Shown: positions 58,335 to 64,000 of the stretch, piece after piece | Layout of the letters: every line of letters begins with the position of its first letter | How positions within the stretch are numbered: position 1 is the stretch's first letter | Assembly: GCF_009914755.1 (NCBI RefSeq) | Contig: NC_060931.1 | Source: the human T2T-CHM13v2.0 reference genome, Homo sapiens | Strand: one strand, 5' to 3' | DNA: 64,000 nt | Made by a program: the position numbers and the translations under genes | Notes under the pieces: generated by a model | The model's input: only the letters and a program-made list of their open reading frames with translations | The model's database searches: none | What the model was told of the DNA's origin: nothing

Positions 58335-61300
58335 CTAAAAAAATTTTACATAGCTTGCCAGAGAGCGAGAATCCACACAACAATAAAGTTGTTTTTTTTG
58401 CAATTCTTCATTGAATGATTTTGGATGGTATCCCAGAATCGGTACAGGGAAGAAATGCTGAGGGATGCTCTCTAAAAGGCTTTCAGGCTAATGATGGAAC
58501 AGAACTGAGGGAATCCTCCCCAGGTAAGCTGTACTGCTACCTGAAGAAGACAAGGGAAGGATCACAGTCAGAAAACCTAAAACAGGGCAGGAGGGATAAG
58601 CAATATCTCTGGAGGCTCAGAAAGTGGAAAGTGAGAATGGAGAGCAAACAATACCCTACAACAACACAAATACAAGAAGCAGGGCAGTATATAAAGGAGC
58701 AATTTCCTACATTTCTGAAAACTTGCTACTCGACTTAGAAGAACAAGCAGAAATTCAGAATCTCGTCAGAGCTCAGATCCCAAACCCTGCTAAAAGAAAA
58801 GTTCTGACCCCATCCTTAAAATATTTCAAGAGATTGTGAGCTGATTCTAACTTAAGCTTAAAAACAAAAACAAACAAAAAAAAAAAACCAGAATCCAGTA
58901 GACTACGAATATATTTACTCATCCTCCATTCTGTCAGCCTATATAAGAAAGGACAAGAGGTAAATATTACTTACTTCAGTCTTTTCTGTTCTTTTATGCA
59001 ATAATTACAGTATGTAGTCAAAAATCCTAATGAACATACTAATAATCAAGAAGGCATGTACCATACCGAAAAGCAGTGATAATTATTAGAAATATATCCA
59101 GATATGGCCTAAATATTAGGATTATCACATCAAATTTAACTATAACTTAAAAATAATTTTGTGGAAAAGATGGAAAGAATTAATGAATGAAGAGATGGGG
59201 CTTTTAGCTGAGACATGGGAACTATACAGAAGAACAAATAGAAATGCTAGATATTAAAAATCAGATATATATAATTTATTTCATGAGCTTCAGATGGGAC
59301 TGTATAAGGAAGAGGAATATATCCTTGAAGAGAAAGTTTACAAACAAAAATATAAATAGAAAAGGAAAAGAGTAAACAGAGAATCCAAGATATGTAAAAA
59401 CGTATCAATCTAACCTATGTGCAATTAAATCCCAAAAGAAGAAAAGCAAGACAGTAAAGAAGAAGAAATATTTAAAAGACAATGGCAAAAAAACTTAACA
59501 AAATTGATGAAAATATATCAACCCAAAGATCTAAGAAGTTTACTGAATGCTCCAAGCAGGATAAATGCATAAATACAAAATATATGTGCACACACACACA
59601 CACATATATACACATCACAGACAAGCTGGTAAAAATTAAAGATAAAGTCATCTTGAAAGAAGTCAGGGAGAAAAACATCTCTTATGTATAGGAGAAAAAT
59701 GATACCCATAAAGACTTCTTACCACAAATAATAAATAATTCTGAAGTTACTTTAAGGTATTAAAAGATAAAATATAACTCTGAAACTGAAATTCTGTATT
59801 TTGTAAATAACCTTCACAAATACATTGTCAAACAAAGCTAACAGATTTTGACTCGCAAAGACTTGTGCTATAAAAAATGCTCAAAAAATACTTTTAGTTG
59901 AAGCACAATTACAGAATTTCAAATGAGTGAGACTGATCAATAAGCATAGGAAATAGAAAATAACTTGGAATTTGCAGAAATACCTATATTCCTTAATTAC
60001 TTTAGAAAATTAATAAGTGGTTAAAGCAAGAATGATAGCAATGTAACGTGTTTAAGTCATACATAAAAAAACCAATGGAACAATATGAACATAAAAATTG
60101 AGTAAAAGTTGTATACTGTCTATGAAGTTGCATGATATTGTTTGAAGCTACGGTGTTAAAAGATAAAAATGCATATTATAATATTTGTAGAAACCATTAA
60201 AAATTACAAAAGAGATGTAGCTAAAATGGTAATATAGGAAATAAAATATACAAACCTCAAATATGCACAATTCACTCAAAAGGGGGTAGAAAAAACAATA
60301 TCAGACTGATAATTATAAAACAAACGTCCAAATGAGAAATTCCTTGTATGAGGCCAAAATAACACTTTCTATCAAAACATGAAAAATATTACAAGGAAAA
60401 AATCAGAACATATTCTTCTTGAACACAGATACAAAATTTCTTAACAAAGTATTGGCAAATCAAATTTAGCACTATATAAAATAAATAATAAATAAGTCCT
60501 GTTGTCCCAGAAATACAAGTTTAGTCTGAGTATCAAAAAGTAATAAATGTAATCATTGAATTACCAGAATAAATGAAAAAATTACATAATTATCTCAATA
60601 ACGCCTATAAAATCGAAAAGTCAAAATAATGTAAAAAACAATGACAAAACATTCAGCAAACTTGAAATACATGCATACTTCTGAAATCAGATAATGGGTA
60701 TCTATGAAAACCTACAATAAACAATGCCCTTAAAGCTAGATCACTAAACACTTTTAAGATCGAGGATATGGCAACGATGTCTGCTCTTGATGCTTCTATT
60801 TAATATTTTAGCAAGTGTAATAAAGCAAAGTACACAAAAAAACTATAAATATTAGATAACGAGTTGTAACTCTTTTCATTCACAGAAAATATTATTGTGA
60901 TGTTTAAAATAAAAATTTTCTGCACACAAACTACTAAAATGTATAAGGGAATTTAATAAAGTTACAGGATAGTCTATACACCAATTAATTTTATTTGTAT
61001 ATAATTGTAATAAAAAGTGCCCAAACAAAATGTTTTAATTGTAAAATACAGTAGCATAAAAATACATATCTGGAAATATTTTTGAATATGCCATACTTCT
61101 CATGTGAAAGCTACAAATTATTTCTGTGAGGAATTAATGATGATTTAAATAAATGAAAGATATACCATGTCTGTAAATATGAAAATTTCATATTATTACT
61201 GTGACTGTTCTTCATAAATTGATATGCAGATTCTAGTCAGATTCCTTAACAAATTCCCAAGCAATTATTTAAAAAATATAGAGAAGATAATTCTAAAATT

Positions 61301-62700
61301 GATGTGGAGGTAATGAAGATACAGAATAGGTAATTCAGTCTTTAAAAATATCAAAATTAAATGTCTTAGTTACTTGATTTCAAGGGTTACTATAAAACTA
61401 CAGAAAGAAGAGAGCATGGTATTAGTGTATGGAACTAAATAAATGGAATTAAGTAGAGTGTTCAGAAATAGACCTTCATATATTTAATAAACTGATTTTG
61501 ACAAAAATGCCAAGTAAATACAATAGAGGAAAAATATTTTCACAAACGTTGAAATAATCGGGTATCCATATAAGAAATAAACGAAATTCACTTATCCATA
61601 ACCCTTCCAGAAATTGACATAACCAGGATAATAAAGCTTCAGAAGAAAACAGAAGTGTATTTTCTTGAATAGAAAATAAAAAGCACAAATTATGAAATAA
61701 AATAATAAAATGAGTAGACAAGCAGATACTGGAGGAAATATATTACAACACATATTTGTGACCAAAAGCTTTTATCCAATATATGTAATAAATGGTATGC
61801 AAATTAATGATAAAATAATTAACAACTCAATATAAAATGAGTTGAAGGCTTGAACACTCTTGACAAATTAATACATGCAAATGGCCTATAAACACGTGCA
61901 AAGATGTTCAACATAAAGAGTCAATATGTAAATCTAAACTGAATCCACAATAAAATATCAGTTCACTCCCACCAGAATGGCTGAACCAAAAAATATGACA
62001 AAGCAAAATGTTGGTGAGGCTAAGTATCCTCTGACCTATTAATTGCCGGTGAGAGTATAAAATTCCTTACTCACTTTGAGAAATTGCAAAGCAATTTCTT
62101 ATAAATTAAATATATATCTACTATTTAACACAGTGTTTTAATTCCTAGGTAGTTACATAAACAAAATCATCGAATAGACTTAGAAAAGAATGTGGAACCC
62201 TTCTTCATGATTTACGATATACAATACAGAAACCATCCAAATGACCAACACCAGAAGTATAGACAAGCAAGTCATGGTATGTATCCATCCAGTGACACGC
62301 TATTAAGCAACAACAAACAATAAACAATAATAATTGCATACAACCTCACTTATGTAAATATGCAAAATATCAGCAGTGGATCTCAACTATGTATAATCAT
62401 CATGAATTGATCTTGAAAATGTTATGGTAAGAGAAAAAGCCAGACAAAAATGAATAGTGTACTTACTGCATGAATCCAAACTGAAAATTTATCTATGATG
62501 ATTGAAAACAGTTGCCAACATGGGGAGAAACTGACTGGAGAGAGGCACTGTAGGACTTTCTGTGGAAAGAGAATAGAAATACACTACGACTTGTTTGGGG
62601 TGATGGTTTACAGGCCTGTAAAAACTCACCTAAATGACCACTTAAAATTTATGCATTTTTTCAGCAATAATTCAAAGAAAAACTTGAAGTTTTAAATACA
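58335..62700 (+). mobile_element. Old L1ME-type LINE-1, long and internally deleted (5'UTR-ORF1-ORF2-3' end)
   Basis: ORF1-like KLVKIKDKVILKEVREK; ORF2-like gatacaaaatttcttaacaaagtattggcaaatcaaat; 3' end gagaaaaagccagacaaaaatgaatag. Confidence 0.75.
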
Positions 62701-63944
62701 TAAAACTGTACAAATATTAAAATATATATCTATAGGTAATAGAAAATCTTCATTCTGGTTATGCTTATATGTTGGGTGAAATGTCAGCAATAATAACAAA
62801 ATACCTTCTTTGAAAATTTCAGTTTTCTTATCTGATATGGAACAAAAATTCTTGCAACAGAGTACTGAAATGATTATTTGAATACAAACAAGGATAAAGA
62901 CTGTTTCTTCACTGAATTGCCCCTGAAATCAATATTTGTAAAATACTTCTCATTATATTATCTTTTTCTTGAATAAAACCTGTTTTAAAAGTACACGTAT
63001 TTTTACACACTATTAAATTTGCATGGTTAGTTACCCTCCAAAAACTCAATAATTATTCTTTTCAACTGATAACTAAGAGAGTGGAAACAAGAACTCCTCT
63101 GGTTAATTGCAAAGCAATGTGGTTTTCCCAACAGGGTATCTTTTCTAAGTAGTACTCTACCATCTGCAACCCTTAGGCTATAAATTCTGAAGATGGATGT
63201 AACAGCAGCTTGAAAACAGGACTTTTCAAACTGAGAGATGTTAATATTCTTTCCAGTCTTCTGGTATTTGTGTAGTAAGGCTATATCATTTTATGTATAA
63301 AATGCTTTAATCCCCAGGTAATTATATTTTGCTCCTGATGCTTGAAATCATAATGAACCTGAAACCTAAGATTCTGACAAAATCGCATGCTATTTTGCTA
63401 ACAAGTAGCTCGGTGGTTTTAAACCTTGCCTGACTATTATAATCAGCTGGGGTTAAAAAAAGAAAAAAGGTCTTGCCAGGAATTCATCCCAGAACAATTT
63501 AATTATAAACTTAGGAAGTCATGCAAAGGCATCAGTAATTCTTAAAACCTTACCAGTTGATTTTAATATGCAGGCAGGATGTGGAGTCACTGATAAATAC
63601 TAAATGTTGATGCCTATACATATCATCAGAGGAAATAAGTGGGGAGCAGACAGGTGGGAATAAAAGTCGTGTTGTCACTAAATCCTGCACTCCTGGAAGC
63701 AATAATCAGATGGCAGAGAGCTATGATTGGCAGCCTAGAAGAATATGGGTTATACCGAGTGACAGAAAAGATGACAGCTGCAGATTGTAATAGTTGCCTG
63801 CAACTTATTGTGCAAACTATTTTTATTAGTGAATTTGTTATTCTACACAAAGTGAGATTTAGGACATAAGAAAGGCCTAAAGTGGTTTTCAGGTGCATAA
63901 AAATTACCTCTCATTCAAGTTATAAAATGAGGTTTGGTTGAAGT

Positions 63945-64000
63945 TGTTCTTTGGTAGGGCTCAAGAATCTGCATTTTTAATCAAAGTTATTCTGATGCAG
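63945..64000. mobile_element. MER5A-like fragment running off the window end
   Basis: ggtagggctcaagaatctgcatttttaa...ttctgatgcag. Confidence 0.6.

Overview
AT-rich, repeat-dense primate genomic DNA, most likely human because it carries an AluYg6-type insertion. It is intergenic or deep-intronic: I recognise no cellular protein-coding exon, RNA gene or CpG island. Almost every listed ORF comes from Alu, L1, ERV, MaLR or mariner sequence, or from low-complexity DNA. The window holds old L1M/L2/MIR fragments and a 5'-truncated ERVL provirus (gag-pro-pol-dUTPase plus MLT2B-type LTR, ~18150-23823). It also has several THE1 and MLT2A LTRs, a near-complete dead HSMAR2 mariner, and a Charlie1 DNA transposon split by about 7 kb of nested insertions. 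Best-supported unusual observations: (1) an L1PA3/4 insertion with both a twin-priming 5' inversion and a ~430 bp 3'-transduced unique tail, all inside one 18-bp TSD; (2) a ~76 bp inverted copy of sequence 1.1 kb away pasted into an MLT2A2 LTR, breaking its DUX4-type motif; (3) a THE1B/THE1C junction that looks like an inversion but fits nested insertion plus deletion better. I found no sequence support for a new biological system. Subfamily names come from my recall of consensus sequences and should be checked with RepeatMasker/Dfam.
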